From positions 12,524 through 76,523 of the forward strand of contig MU053873.1 of assembly GCA_013239625.1 (NCBI GenBank): 64,000 nt of DNA, written 5' to 3'. The translations under genes were made by a program, and so were the position numbers. Shown here in pieces: positions 1-12,600 of the stretch. The notes beneath the pieces were generated by a model that saw only the letters and a program-made list of their open reading frames with translations, ran no database searches and was not told the origin of the DNA. The number at the start of each line of letters is the position of its first letter. Within the stretch, counting starts at the first letter, position 1. This DNA is from Lama guanicoe. Its lineage: Eukaryota.

Positions 1-1303
1 CCTCCTCCTCCTCCTCCTCCTCCTCCTCCTCCTCCTCCTCCACCTCCTCCTCCTCCTCCACCTCCTCTTCCTCCTCCTCCTCCTCAACCTACTCCTCCAA
101 ATCCTCCTCCTCCTCCACATCCTCCTCCTCATCCTCCATATGCTCCTCATCTTCCACATCGTAATCCTCCACCTCCTCCACTTCCTCCTCCTCCTCCTCC
201 ACCTCCTCCACCTCTTCCTCCTCATCCTCCTCCTCCTCGGCCTCCTCCTCTTCCTCCTCCTCCTCCTCGGCCTCCTCCTCTTCCTCCTCCTCCTCCTCGG
301 CCTCCTCCTCTTCCTCCTCCTCCTCCTCGGCCTCCTCCTCTTCCTCCTCCTCCTCCTCGGCCTCCTCCTCTTCCTCCTCCTCCTCCTCGGCCTCCTCCTC
401 TTCCTCCTCCTCCTCCTCGGCCTCCTCCTCTTCCTCCTCCTCCTCCTCGGCCTCCTCCTCTTCCTCCTCCTCCTCCTCGGCCTCCTCCTCTTCCTCCTCC
501 TCCTCCTCGGCCTCCTCCTCTTCCTCCTCCTCCTCCTCGGCCTCCTCCTCTTCCTCCTCCTCCTCCTCGGCCTCCTCCTCTTCCTCCTCCACTTGCTCCT
601 CCTCCTACTCATCCTCCACATCCTCCTCCTCCACGGCCTCCTCCTCTTCCTCCACCTGCTCCACCTCCTCCTCCTCATCCTCCTCCTCCTCATCCTCCAT
701 ATGCTCCTCCTCATCCTCCACATCCTCTTCCTCCACCTCCTCCACCTCCTCCTCCTCCACCTCCTCCTCCTCCTCCTCCTCCTCCTCCTCCCCCTCCCCC
801 TCCTCCACCTNNNNNNNNNNNNNNNNNNNNNNNNNNNNNNNNNNNNNNNNNNNNNNNNNNNNNNNNNNNNNNNNNNNNNNNNNNNNNNNNNNCCTCCTCC
901 TCCACCTCCACCTCCTCCTCCTCCACCTCCACCTCCTCCTCCTCCTACACCTCCACCTCCTCCTCCACCTCGTCCTCCTCCGCATCCTCCTCCTCCTATT
1001 CCTCCTCCTCCTCCTCCTCCACCTCGTCCTCCATGTCCTCCCCCTCCTCTTCCTCCTGCACCTCCTCCTCTTCCACCTCCTCTTCCACATCCTCCTCCTC
1101 CTCCTCCACATCCTCCTCCTCCTCCTCATCCTCCTCCTCCTCCACATCCTCCTCCTCCTCCTCATCCTCCTCCTCCTCCACATCCTCCTCCTCCTCCTCA
1201 TCCTCCTCCTCCTCCACATCCTCCTCCTCCTCCTCATCCTCCTCCTCCTCCACATCCTCCTCCTCCTCCACCTCCTCCTCCTCCACATCCTTCTCCTCCT
1301 CCA
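1..1303. repeat. (TCC)n-type polypyrimidine array with higher-order units, interrupted by an N-gap
   Basis: CCT triplets with CCA/CAT/CTT variants; perfect 30-bp unit x11 at 241-570; 36-bp unit x~4 at ~1090-1260. Confidence 0.97.
811..892. other. Assembly gap (82 N)
   Basis: Run of N. Confidence 1.
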
Positions 1304-3516
1304 TGCTGTGGAACTCTGGCGAAGCCGTGACTGTCCCACAGTGGTGTCCCCTCTAGTGTGCGCTCTCGGAAGATGAGTTGGAGTGGGGTGGAGATTCGCA
1401 CCTAACCCTGTGTCACAGCCATATTTGTGTAAATTCTCTTTGATCAGAGCGTCAGGAAACCCATGTGCAAGGGACAGAGGGATCTCTGCTACCTACAAGG
1501 AAATGTGAGGCAGTCCTGATGGTGGGAAGTTAGCTCTGGCTGGTTAGAAAGGCGAGGGTCACGGTTCAAGTCCATGAACCCCTTGTTTTTAGGTGTGGGG
1601 TGTGCAGGTGGAAGTAACGCATTGTGAGCCCCTTTCATGACAAAAGTCAGGCCCAGCGAAACAGTCTGGCATAGGGTCCTCCCAGCCCCAGTCAGCCATG
1701 CCCTCCGTAGCCTGCCACGGGCATTGGGAAGATGACCCTGAGAATCCAGGGGGTCGGGGGCTCCAATAGCCTTGTATCCGGGAGGCTGCACCAGAGAGGC
1801 TGGCTGCACAGTGCAACCTGGCTTGTGGGAGATCCTGTCACATCTGGGATGCAGGAGCAACCCTTGGACACAGGGATGTCCTGTGATTTTTGCGTGACGG
1901 CCCTGGCCATCTCCTTGGTCTTGTCACAGCAGTTTTTTTGTGCCCAACTATTCAAACACTCTGTTGGACCAGGATTGCCTCATGGCACTGGCTTTTGGCA
2001 ATGTCTCATTTAGTTTGCTTTTTGTAGCAGCAGGGCCCCTGCGTGGACTCTGGGCTGCACCATAAATGATGCAGCTGCCACGGATGGAGTGCTGGGGCCC
2101 CAGGACCTCACCTGGCTCACCTGAAGACCCCACCTTCCCAAGCCTCATCAGGTTTTCCCCTTAATAGGAAATCAAGAAACTTCCTATTAGGTGGAGAAAA
2201 TGAAAGCACAGAATTTGAGAGTGGGAAAGGGGCCAGAGCTGGGCTTCTTGCTGGCAAAGCACCCGGACAGTGGTGTTGGTGGAGGCTTCCAGTCCATGGG
2301 AAGGGCCTGGGTGACCCGGATGCTAATGTTGTGCAACAAGGACCCCTTTCACAGGGAGGTCCCTTTCACAGCAAGACAAACCCTAAGGAGAGCAGGCGCA
2401 AGGATCCAGAGCTGAGGGCCAAGCCACCCAGGGGGCAAAGCAGCACAGCCTGGGCTCCCAGCCCTGTCGATGGCTTCACTGCCACCTGGAGTCAACTGCA
2501 GAGTCACAGCCAGGTTGATGGCCTCGGTTCAGTCCTCAGGCATGGGCTGCCCTGCTGGGTGCAGTCCGTCCAGCAGCTCTGACAGTGGTGCTAACTGTGG
2601 GCTGTGGGCACCAGGAGAGCCAGGCTTTGAGAAGTGGAAGCCTTCACCGGCCAGCTGCTGAGTTGCATTTGGGGTGGGGGAGGCAGGGGGTTGGCAGCCA
2701 ACCTCCAGCTGTCCCCTTAGTGAGACACAAAGATGGAGGAAGAGCGTGATGCTTCTCCAAGAAGCAAGTCAGAGTCTAGGGTGAATGCCTGGGGATGGCA
2801 GCTCCACTCTGCACCCTCAGCACAGTCCTTCCACCTCCCTGCAGCTCTGCTTCGGTCCTGGCCCCTACTCAGAGCCGGAAGGAATCCAAGTGAAATGTTG
2901 GCTGGATCACAGCAGGTGGGGAGGGAGTGGGGGACACTGGGAAGGCTGAGCGTGGCTCTTCCTCCTGATGGCCGTCCCTGCCGGGTCTTGCTCTCCATTT
3001 CTGATTTTCCCTCCAAAGGAAGAACAACCCTGGAGGGTTGATCAGAACCTAGACCCTCAGCCCCATCTCCATCCCTCCACCCAGTGGCTTCCAGCTGGCC
3101 CTGCACATCCCTGCTCTTCAGGCCTGAGGCTGTGCTCCCTGCAGGACCTGGGGCTCATGCATACACCCCCAAACTGGGATGCCAGGTGTGGGTGAGTCCT
3201 GGAATGGGTGGACCTTGTCAGACAGGACGCAAGGGTGGCCTCTGCAGGAGGGCTCCTTCCTCAGTGGACACTGGTTCATCCTCATTCTCTTCGAACAAGG
3301 GATGAGATGCCTGTCTGAATCCTCATGGTGGCCTATGTACTGGGGTCCCCTTCCTGCTTGGCCACAAATCCAGGTGAGCCCACAAGGAGATGAGATGGTG
3401 ATGCGAGGTGGGTAGCTCTCTGAGGTCACCGCTAGCACCATCCTGCCTTGGAGGGCAGGGGATGGGGCAGGGGAGCTACGGGGCTGAAGAGCACAGGCAC
3501 AAGGCGGCCAGGGTCC

Positions 3517-3656
3517 TCACTGTAGTGGGGACCGTCTCTTTGCCTCGAGACCCTGAATCTTCTCCTCGGAGGCCTTGTCAGGAAGCAGCACCTCCACAGT
3601 GTAGCTGACCTTCTTGGCGTGCATCAGGCTGTAGGTGTTGTCAAAGCGCAGGACGT
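3517..3656 (-). CDS. SEC14L4: SEC14L4 last coding exon ([10 protein letters not shown]...RRSPLQ*)
   Basis: 140 nt to TGA at 3517-3519. Confidence 0.95.
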
Positions 3657-6600
3657 CTGTAAGGACAGAGAAGTAAGTGGGCCCTGCACATCCGCACACC
3701 CAGCGCCCTTGGGAATGGGGTGCCCAGAACTGCGGGTGAGGCTGGAGAGTCAGCGCTGCCCAGCCCCCTGCCCACGGCTCACGACTGTCTCCTTGGATGA
3801 TGCTTGTGCTAAACAAAGGAATAATAACCACCAACATGCATCAGCTGCTTCTATGGGCACTTGCATCAGCACCCACAGCTCCCTGAATCCTCAAAGCGGC
3901 TGCCTGGGAGGTATTCTCATCCCCATTTTATGGATGAGGAAACAGGCCTAGAGAGGTTGAAATGATCTGACAGCGAAAGGGAGGAGAGGGGCTGGGATGC
4001 TCTGGCCCAGAGGGGAGCCCTGCTTTCCCCAGAGGAGAGGGCTGAGCTCCAACAGCCACCTTCTCATCATGCCTTTTGTACATGTCCTTCCACACCAAGG
4101 TCCAGCATGAACTCTGGGACATGACAAGTCATCCAGGTTTCTCTGTCTCCACCCTTCTAATTCTCCCTTTTCCACGAGGTGAACTAGGTGTGTGTGCACT
4201 ACACCATTAGCCAGACTCAGTCTCCTTCCCCAGAGTAAATCAACCTTGGGTTCCCTTCTCCTCGCTGGATCTGGCCTGGGATGGAGGACAAACACCTGGA
4301 AGAGTCAACTCTTCAGGTTTCCCGGAGTGGGGCAGTCCACACACGTGGGCAGGCTGGGACCCCTGATGCTACGCCCATGGCTGTTTTCCAGCTGTCTCTT
4401 AGCCTGTTAAGTTGGGTGCAAGGGCCTCCCAGGAGCTGAGCCCACAGGTGCAGGCTGTGAACCCTGCTCTCCACAATGAGGCTCTGTCCTTGTCCCGACA
4501 CCTGGGGGCCACTCATCAGAACCAACACCCAAAGCCAACGCCCCTGGGATCTAGGGTCTTGCAGAGACCCCTACACCCTCCCTGAGAGCTGGAAATAGGG
4601 GCAAACAGAGAGGCCAGACTGATAAGAGACAGCCAATCATTTCTCCGTCATGAGGAGGAAAACAACTCCAGTGAACGCTATAGCTCTTACAGACGCCGGC
4701 CTGGAGGCAGGTGAGGCTCCCGTCCTCAGGCACCTGCTGGGCGTTGTAGCGCTGGCTGGGCAGCACCTCCGTCATCTCCCCTGCCCGCTGCCGCGCCCCC
4801 ATCTTGGTCTTCAGGAAAATCCCGAAGCCGATGTCCGCCCCATCTGATGCAAACTGCCACCTGCAGGGGACAGGGTCCCACTGACGACCACCTGCCTGGG
4901 CTCCGGACCCCTCCCAACTGTGCCCAGCTGTGGAGTGGCCGCCGTCCCTACCGGAGCACACAGCCCGGGAACAGGATCTCGTTCTCCACCTGCAGCGAGG
5001 AGCCGCGGCCCACGGTCACTGTGTGCTCGTACTGCAGCCTCAGCTGGTTGTGCCGGTAGTAGCTCCTGGGCACCTCGCCCCCGTAGTTGATCTGCGGGCG
5101 AGGCTGTGTGAGCGGGCACCAGACTACGGCCATCTCCCCTCTCTCCCCATCCTCTGGGCAGCCGCACCTTGGTCAGGCACTTGGGGTTGCCATCTGGGTC
5201 AGTCATGGTCCCCCCAAACTCCACGGGCAGCTGGTCAGGGCTGATAAACTTAGGTAGTTCTTGCTTCCAGTCACCTGTGGGGGCAAAAGTGGGCTCCACA
5301 GAGGGGTGGGGAGGCGCGATGGAGGTCAGTGAGGCCAGGCTCAGGGAGGGGATCTGATGTGTCCTTGGCTTGCTCCTCTGGGCACCCACTCCTGAGAACA
5401 CCCAGGAGATTTATGTGGCCACCCAGGTGGTGCTCTAGGGCCTGAAGCCTCAAATGAGTGTGCAAAGGCCAAGAGGGGTCAGGCCAAGGTCAGTGTCTGG
5501 GTAAAGAGGATGAGCCAGGGAGAAATGGGGCCTTTAGCACTGACCTCTGCTTCCAGGCAGATTCAGAGACGGGCACATCCTGGAGGACAAGCACTCACCT
5601 CCTAGAATCACTATCTTCCTTCGAGTGTCCTCACTCATGAACGACTTGACCAAGTTGAAGGCCACAGGGAACAACTTGGGGGCTGAAACACATGAAACTC
5701 CCTTGAGAAGGTGGACCAGAGGGGACTTGGACATACAGGGTCACAGCCAAGGGCATGGGGTGGACAGAGGTTGGACAGACCTAGATTCTGCCATTTCCTA
5801 CTGTGAGACCTTCAGCTAGTCCCTCACCCTCTCTCAGTCTTAGGGCTCTTAACTATAAAATGGAGGTTAAATTAAACACTCTCAATAAATGGTTGCCTTC
5901 CTGTCCCGTTGTAAGGCATCAGCAATGTTGATTCCCCAATGGTACCTCCTTTCCACGCTCAAGGTTTGCCCATGTTGCCTTGGTATCCTCTTGGGTGCAA
6001 GTAGGTGGAGCATCTGTGTCCCACCTGAATCACTCAAGCTTCCTGGTTGCTTTCTGTGGGCCAGGCTCTTGCTACATTTTCCCCACAGACTGTCTCATAT
6101 ACCCTCACAGCTATCTTATAGGGAACCTGCCACTGCATCCCCATTTTACAGAATAGGAAAACTGAGTCTCAGTGAGGTTCAATGGATTTGCTCAGTGGAC
6201 TTGATTAGAAGTCAGATCATCTGACCTCAGAGCACATGCAGTGACCCCCCTCACTATACAGCGGTCGCAGGGACCGTTCCTGCTCCAAGTATGGCCCATG
6301 GACTATCTGCTACCAGTCCACACCCAGATAGGTAAAGAAAATAACACTAAACATTTAGAAACACGATGTATTTGACACTGCTGCAACGTATCAGAGCATG
6401 GTTTTGTATATTCCAGAAGTATCAGTCTGTGAGGGACTGAACTAAACAAACAAACAAAAACCTATTCTTCACAAAGGATGGTTTGAGAATACCCAATTTT
6501 GGTGGCTTACCCACTGGCTCCCTCCCCCGATTCCTTACCCTTCCCTTCCCAGACGGTCATCCCCATCGTGGGCTCACCTCGAACAACAATTAAATTCTTC

Positions 6601-9600
6601 ATCGTCTCAGGATAATTTGCTTCCAGCATGGCAAAAAACTGTGAGGTCAAGACAAGTCTGGTCAAGGCCATCTTCCAACACCCCGACCCCTGGATTTCTG
6701 TGGCCTCTGATGCCGCTGAGACAAGAGTCCCCCACCCCCCACCATCCCGTCCCATCTTCCCCACGAGCATGTGCTTCATCCTCAGTGATGTTCTTGCTCC
6801 TCCTTCTCCTAGGAAGGTGGACCCCAGGCGAGCTTCACTGGCTGCTCTGGGGGGCCCCTAGGAGGTGACCCGTCCTCCATGGACCAAAAGCTAGTATGGT
6901 CAGCGGCTCCCTATCGACCTCGAGCCAGCTGCCTACCTTACCTGCTGGTAGACCTCCACAGCTGGCTTCCACAGGTGTTTCAGGCTCAGCCCCTCCAAAT
7001 CAAACACCATCAGCACCATCTCAATCTTCCTGCCCAGCTGCACAGGACAGAGCAGGTATATGGGTCAGACAGGAGATCCTGGCCAGAGAGATGCAGGCAT
7101 CCCTCCCTCCTACCTTCCTGCCACCTCCACCCCCAGCTGCGCTTTCCAAACTGACAGCCCATCTGAGGGGGTGCCACACATAAGCCCTGGCACGGTGGCC
7201 CTTATCACGCTGTTTGCTCAGTACTGTTGCCTGGAATCAGTTCACTGTGGAATTAAAGACATCATTTGTAGTTCGTTGGGCATCTTTATGTACAATAGTT
7301 TACTGTGTCAGCCAGTGTTGCAGTCCCACGGCTGTGTCCAAGCCAGAGCTGTGCCGCGGGCAGGCTGTGTGGCCTCGGGTGGGTTTTTAACCCCTCTGAG
7401 CCTTACTTTCTTCCTCTGTAAAATAGGGGCTAATTCCAGGCAATGATAGAATTGCTGTGAGGATTCAATGAGCCCAGTGTCTGGTACATGGCCAGTGCCT
7501 AGTAAATCTTAGCAGATATTATTATCAGTGTCGTCATCACCATAACTATCGGCTCTAACTGGGAACATCTATAAAGTAGAAGGCACTGTTTTGACCCTAT
7601 GAAGTCAGCCCTCTTGCTTGACAGACAAACACGTATTCAAACCAGGCACTCAATAAAGTGCTACGTAACTCTCTCACGCCTGCCACAAATCTCTGTGGAG
7701 GGCCTGTTTTGAGTCCAGCTCTGGGCCAGACACTGGGGACGCAGGCCCTGTGGATTCAGCTGTTAGCCAGACTCTCCCACAGTGACACCTTAGGCTCCTT
7801 TAGACACTAAGAGTCACAAAACCAACCAGGCCACACTTGGCATTAGAGTCAGTCTGAAGGGTACAGGCCCAGAGACACAGAGACAGGGGCTGGGAGATCT
7901 GCAAAGGTGGGTGTGGTCCTTCTTGGCTTAGAAGCCCCTGGCCCCACAGGGCTCAAATTATTTTTTGTAGCTAAGCCATAGTGGCTCCTAAGGACCCACA
8001 AGGGATGAGCCCATTTTTAAGGGTCACTGCTCTCAGGGATGCCCAAAGCAGTGGCTCCCCCATCAGGTGTTTATACTTCTGCAATTTACAATCAAGGGAC
8101 ATCTTTTCCACAAGCAGATCTGACCATCCACTGTTCCCAGGGATCCATTCACCACACCCAAGTCAGCATCTCACCAGGGTCAGAGGGGAAAGGGCTTTGG
8201 CATCCCTTGGCGCACGCCAGCAGGGAGTGTCATGAATGTGTCAGACGCTCATGGATGGGTGACTGCAGGAGAAGCCACATCCCACCAGAGCCCGGAGTGC
8301 TGAAGGCTGGGGAGAAGTGGGGGTGGGTGCCTCCCTCCCTGGTCATGACCCTTTAGAGAGACTGGGTTACCATGCATCCCCTGCCCTGTACCTTCTGACT
8401 CTGCAGGTCACACTGCTGCAAAAGCATCTCGCACACCCTGATGCGCTTCCGGATCAGCTCCTGCTTGGTGGCTGAAAGGAGGAGGCCCTTGGGGTCGAGG
8501 GTCCCGATGATGTCAAACCACACGGGGCAGCCTTCGTAGTCATAGCCACACAGGCCACCGGAGTCATACAGCTGGATCACCTGGACACGGGGGCAGGTCC
8601 TGGCTCAAAGCAGCCCACCAGGCCATGTCCCTGCTCCATCAGGTGGCTGGACATGGTGGGTGAGTTGGGGGGCTCCAGTGGCCTGGGGGACGCTGCATGG
8701 GGCTCACCTCCGAGGGCTGCCACGAGAGGATGTTGTCCAGGTCCTGCTGCTTGCGAAACTCCATGTGCTGCAGAGACATGGCAGGACCTGAGGACTGCCT
8801 GCCCCAAAGGCCCTGTGGGCACCTGGGGACCATAGGCCAGGCCCCTCTGCCCACCGCCACCAAGATCCTGCCAGAGCATCCCCAGGTTCCACCGACACAG
8901 AACAGGGGATGCGGACACCAGGGGCAGGACTGTGGGAGACCCGGGACTGCCACAGAAAGAGATCCAAGGAGAAAGGAAGAAGAAACACGAAAACAGGTCA
9001 GCGCAAGAGTGTCCAGCCTTTGTCGCTAATCCCTGGGGGCACACGTGTGGGAGGCAGGATACTGGTGAGCGCAGGGCCTCACCTTCCGGACCATGTCCTC
9101 TGATTTCTGTAGGTCAAAGTTCCGAGCTGCAAGAAGAAGCCAAGGTAAAAGGAGGCTTGAGGCAGGATTCAGGATGTGCCATTCTCATGAGGAAGTTGGG
9201 TGGGGGCAGACTCTTCCTCACACCCTAAGAATACATCAAAAGTCTGGTAATTTTTCTTAAAAAGCAAGGATCTTTAATCCTCTAGAAGATTTTGAAAAGC
9301 TCTTGCTTTCAGTTTCTGGGACTTTGAAAATTGTTCGATGAAGAGGCTGATCTAGCCTGTAATATTTAAGACCTCCTCCCCGCCACCCAGGGAGCAGAGA
9401 TGCCCGTGGTGTTAGGAGGGTGAAGAGCATGGGCTTTGGAGTCAGATGGAATTGGACTTGGACTTGAGCTCTAGTTTTGCCCTTTTATTTGCTGTGCAAC
9501 CTTGAGCAAGTCACTTACCTTCTCTGAGCCTTAGTTTATCTTTCAGATGGGAATAATATTTTTTAAGAGTTATTCAAAAGATGATGTGAGATAAAGTATA

Positions 9601-12600
9601 TAAATTGTTTGGCACATTACCTGGTTCACAGTAAGTTCTCAAGAAACAACAGCCATTGTGATGATTTATTTTGAAGAAATAAATACACTTTAGTTGAAAA
9701 CGTGATACTCTATTTTAGAAATGCCATCACCATTATTCCCTGAGATCACTGGTTCGCTGAGGAATTCAGCCAGTGATGGGCCTTTGATAATATCCAGGGT
9801 TAGAGACTTTCAGATGGAAGGGGCCTGAGATTTTTGTCCAGCTTTCCTCTGCCCCGATCATAAACCACCTCCAGAAAAAAAACCCACCCAGATCACCAGC
9901 TCTGTCTTGATTATCTCCTGTGACAAGGGTACTTTGGTAGGCAGCTTATTCCATTCCTCAGCAGCTTTGACTAAGCAGAAATCTGCGCCACAGTGATTCC
10001 AGCTGCATTGTCAGAGGTCAAACAAATATATGTAACCACTTGTCAACATGGCCACTCTGCAAATATTTAGAGACAAGCCATCACCTGCCCAGTCTTTTCT
10101 CTGGGGTATATATTTACTAAAACCATCTTCTGTATGACTGCTGTCCAATAGACATTTCTGTGTCGATGGAAATGTCCTATATCTGAGTTGCTCAAGTGCA
10201 CATAACTGTTGGGCTTTTGAGACAGGGCTAGGGTGACTGAGGACCTGAAGCTTTAAATTAATTTAATTCTAACTTTAATAGTTACATTTGGCTAGTGGCT
10301 AATGCAGTTCTAAATACTTCAGAGATGTTAAGATTTTTTGCGGTACAGATCTTGTCTGTTTTAACTTAATTACTGGACACTTTATGGGTTTTGTTACTAT
10401 TTTGAGTGGCATTTGATTTTTCATTATATTTTATAGTTGGATACAGTTGCATGGAGAAATGCTATTAATTTTTTAATTAATGCCAATATTGATGAATTTT
10501 TTCTTTAGTTCTAGAGTTTTTCTATTTCTAATTTTTCTGCGAATATGTTAACTCTTCCCTCTGGTCTTTTACCACTGATTACTTTTTTCTTCCCTTATAA
10601 CATTGGCGAAGGTCTCCAGGTCTATGCTGAAACAATAACGTTGATTGATGTCATCCTTTCCTTGACCTAGATCTTTAAAACATGCATCTACAATTTCTCC
10701 TTAACATAACATTTATTGTAAGATTTTTGCTACGTGACCCCAACCGCGCCAAGGACATTCTCTTCTATTCCGAGTTTGGTAAGACTTTTATCTTGTTTTG
10801 TCCTATAAATAAAATTTGAACCTTTTCAAATGCTCCTTCTGCATTGAGATGGTCACATAATTTCTCATTTTAGACTCTACTAATGTGTTTGATAACACTG
10901 GTAGGTTTCCTGATGCTGAACTTTTCTTTCATACCTAAGATTAAATTCTCCTTGATACTACTGTACAATTTTAATACCCTCTTGGATTCTGTTATGCAAT
11001 ATTTTATTTGGAGCTATTTGCACCTATATTAATAAGCGAAACTAAGCTAGAATTTTCTTTTCTTGTATTGTCCTGGTCTAGCTTTGGAATCAAACGTACC
11101 CAGGCCTCATAAGGTAAATTTCATGCTCTCATCTATCTTAAAATAACTTGCTTTGTTTTGTTTTGTTTTGTTTTGTTTGTTTAAGAGGTCTGTTAGACCT
11201 CCTAGTGGAGGTGCTGAATAGGCAGTAGTGGGACATCGAGAGCCGTGAGCACATGGCACAGGGGGAGCCCGGACATAGAATACAAAGCTTGGAATATGGG
11301 AAAATAACTCAATTTGGATAAGTCGGAATTAGCTGGTTTTAAAACTCTGGAGGAATTCATCTGCAAAGCCATTGGAGTTGGGGTAGAGGTGAGCAGATGT
11401 TTTCATTATCATTTAAATGTCTTTAACATTTATTGATCTATTGAGGCTTGCTTTTTCTTCTTGCTGGAATGTATCCATTTTACTTAGATTTTTCAGATTT
11501 GTTAGTGCATAGTTGTACCTGATATTCTTTTATTGGCTTTTGAAAAATCTCTATGGTGTCTCTAGGAGATTTTCCTACTGAGAACTGGGATGTGATTTCT
11601 TGTCCTATAGACAGTGGGTTGGACACTGCTGATGGGTCCTCGAAGCTTTTTCAGTAGCCCCTACTATGTGGCAGGCTGGGAACCTGGGCAGGCTCAGTCC
11701 CTGCCCTCGTGAAGCTGGCATCCAAGCAGGAGAGATGGACACAGACGTGGGGTGGAGATAAAGGAAAACAAAGGAAATCGACTTCAGAGGGAAGGTCAGG
11801 AAAGGCCCCTCTGCATCTGGCCTGAGTGTGGAGCCTTCCCTTTACCTGTGTCTTGCATTTGTGTGGCAGGGATTGGCTGCAGGGCTGAAGTTGAAGTGGA
11901 CTGGACCCTGTCAGCAGATCCGTGACAGCGTGAAGTGGGAGGCACCATGATACCTGGCACCTTCTCCCAGTCTTGGGTCCCTTCCCTTTCCCGTGACCCA
12001 GCAGCCTACAGTGTCTGTGATTTCACTCCTTTCTCAAAGACCCACCAGGCACCTGAAAAGCTGGTTTTTAAACCCAGAAAGACTCCAGAGGAGGAGAGAG
12101 GTCTGATGCCATATCAAGGGGCTTTAAGAAATTTGCTCTCCCAACTCCTTCTGTAGCCCAGGTTGGGGAAAATGACCTGAAAATGACTTCTTAAAAATGG
12201 ATTAGAAACTGCCACAGCCAAGAGAGCCTAAAGAGCCATGACAACTAAATGGAAACGTGGTCTCTACATGGAAAAACTAAGGAAATCTAAATAAAACATG
12301 GATTTCAGTTACTAATCACAGAACAATAATGGTTCATTAATTGTAAAAAAAGTACCATAAGAAAGCAAAATATTAATGTGCAGTGTTTATGAGAAATCTC
12401 TGTACTACCTATCTTCACAATAATTTCCTATAAATCTTTTCAGAACGGTTCTAAAAAATAATGTTTGTAAAAAACAATAATTAAAAAAAACCCCAACTAA
12501 ACAGAACAGAACAGAAGAGAGGGCTTCCTCCATGCAGGCGCTGTGCACACCCATGACCTCATCTCTGACAGCATCTTTAAGGTAGGGAGCAGCATTACAC

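Noticed and set aside
241..590. Regularly spaced 30-bp repeats as a CRISPR-like array
   Set aside because: No unique spacers, head-to-tail tandem units, eukaryotic DNA
89..1356. Poly-Glu, poly-Leu, poly-Pro, poly-Arg and poly-Ser ORFs
   Set aside because: Translations of a triplet repeat in several frames, spanning an N-gap; no splice or domain context
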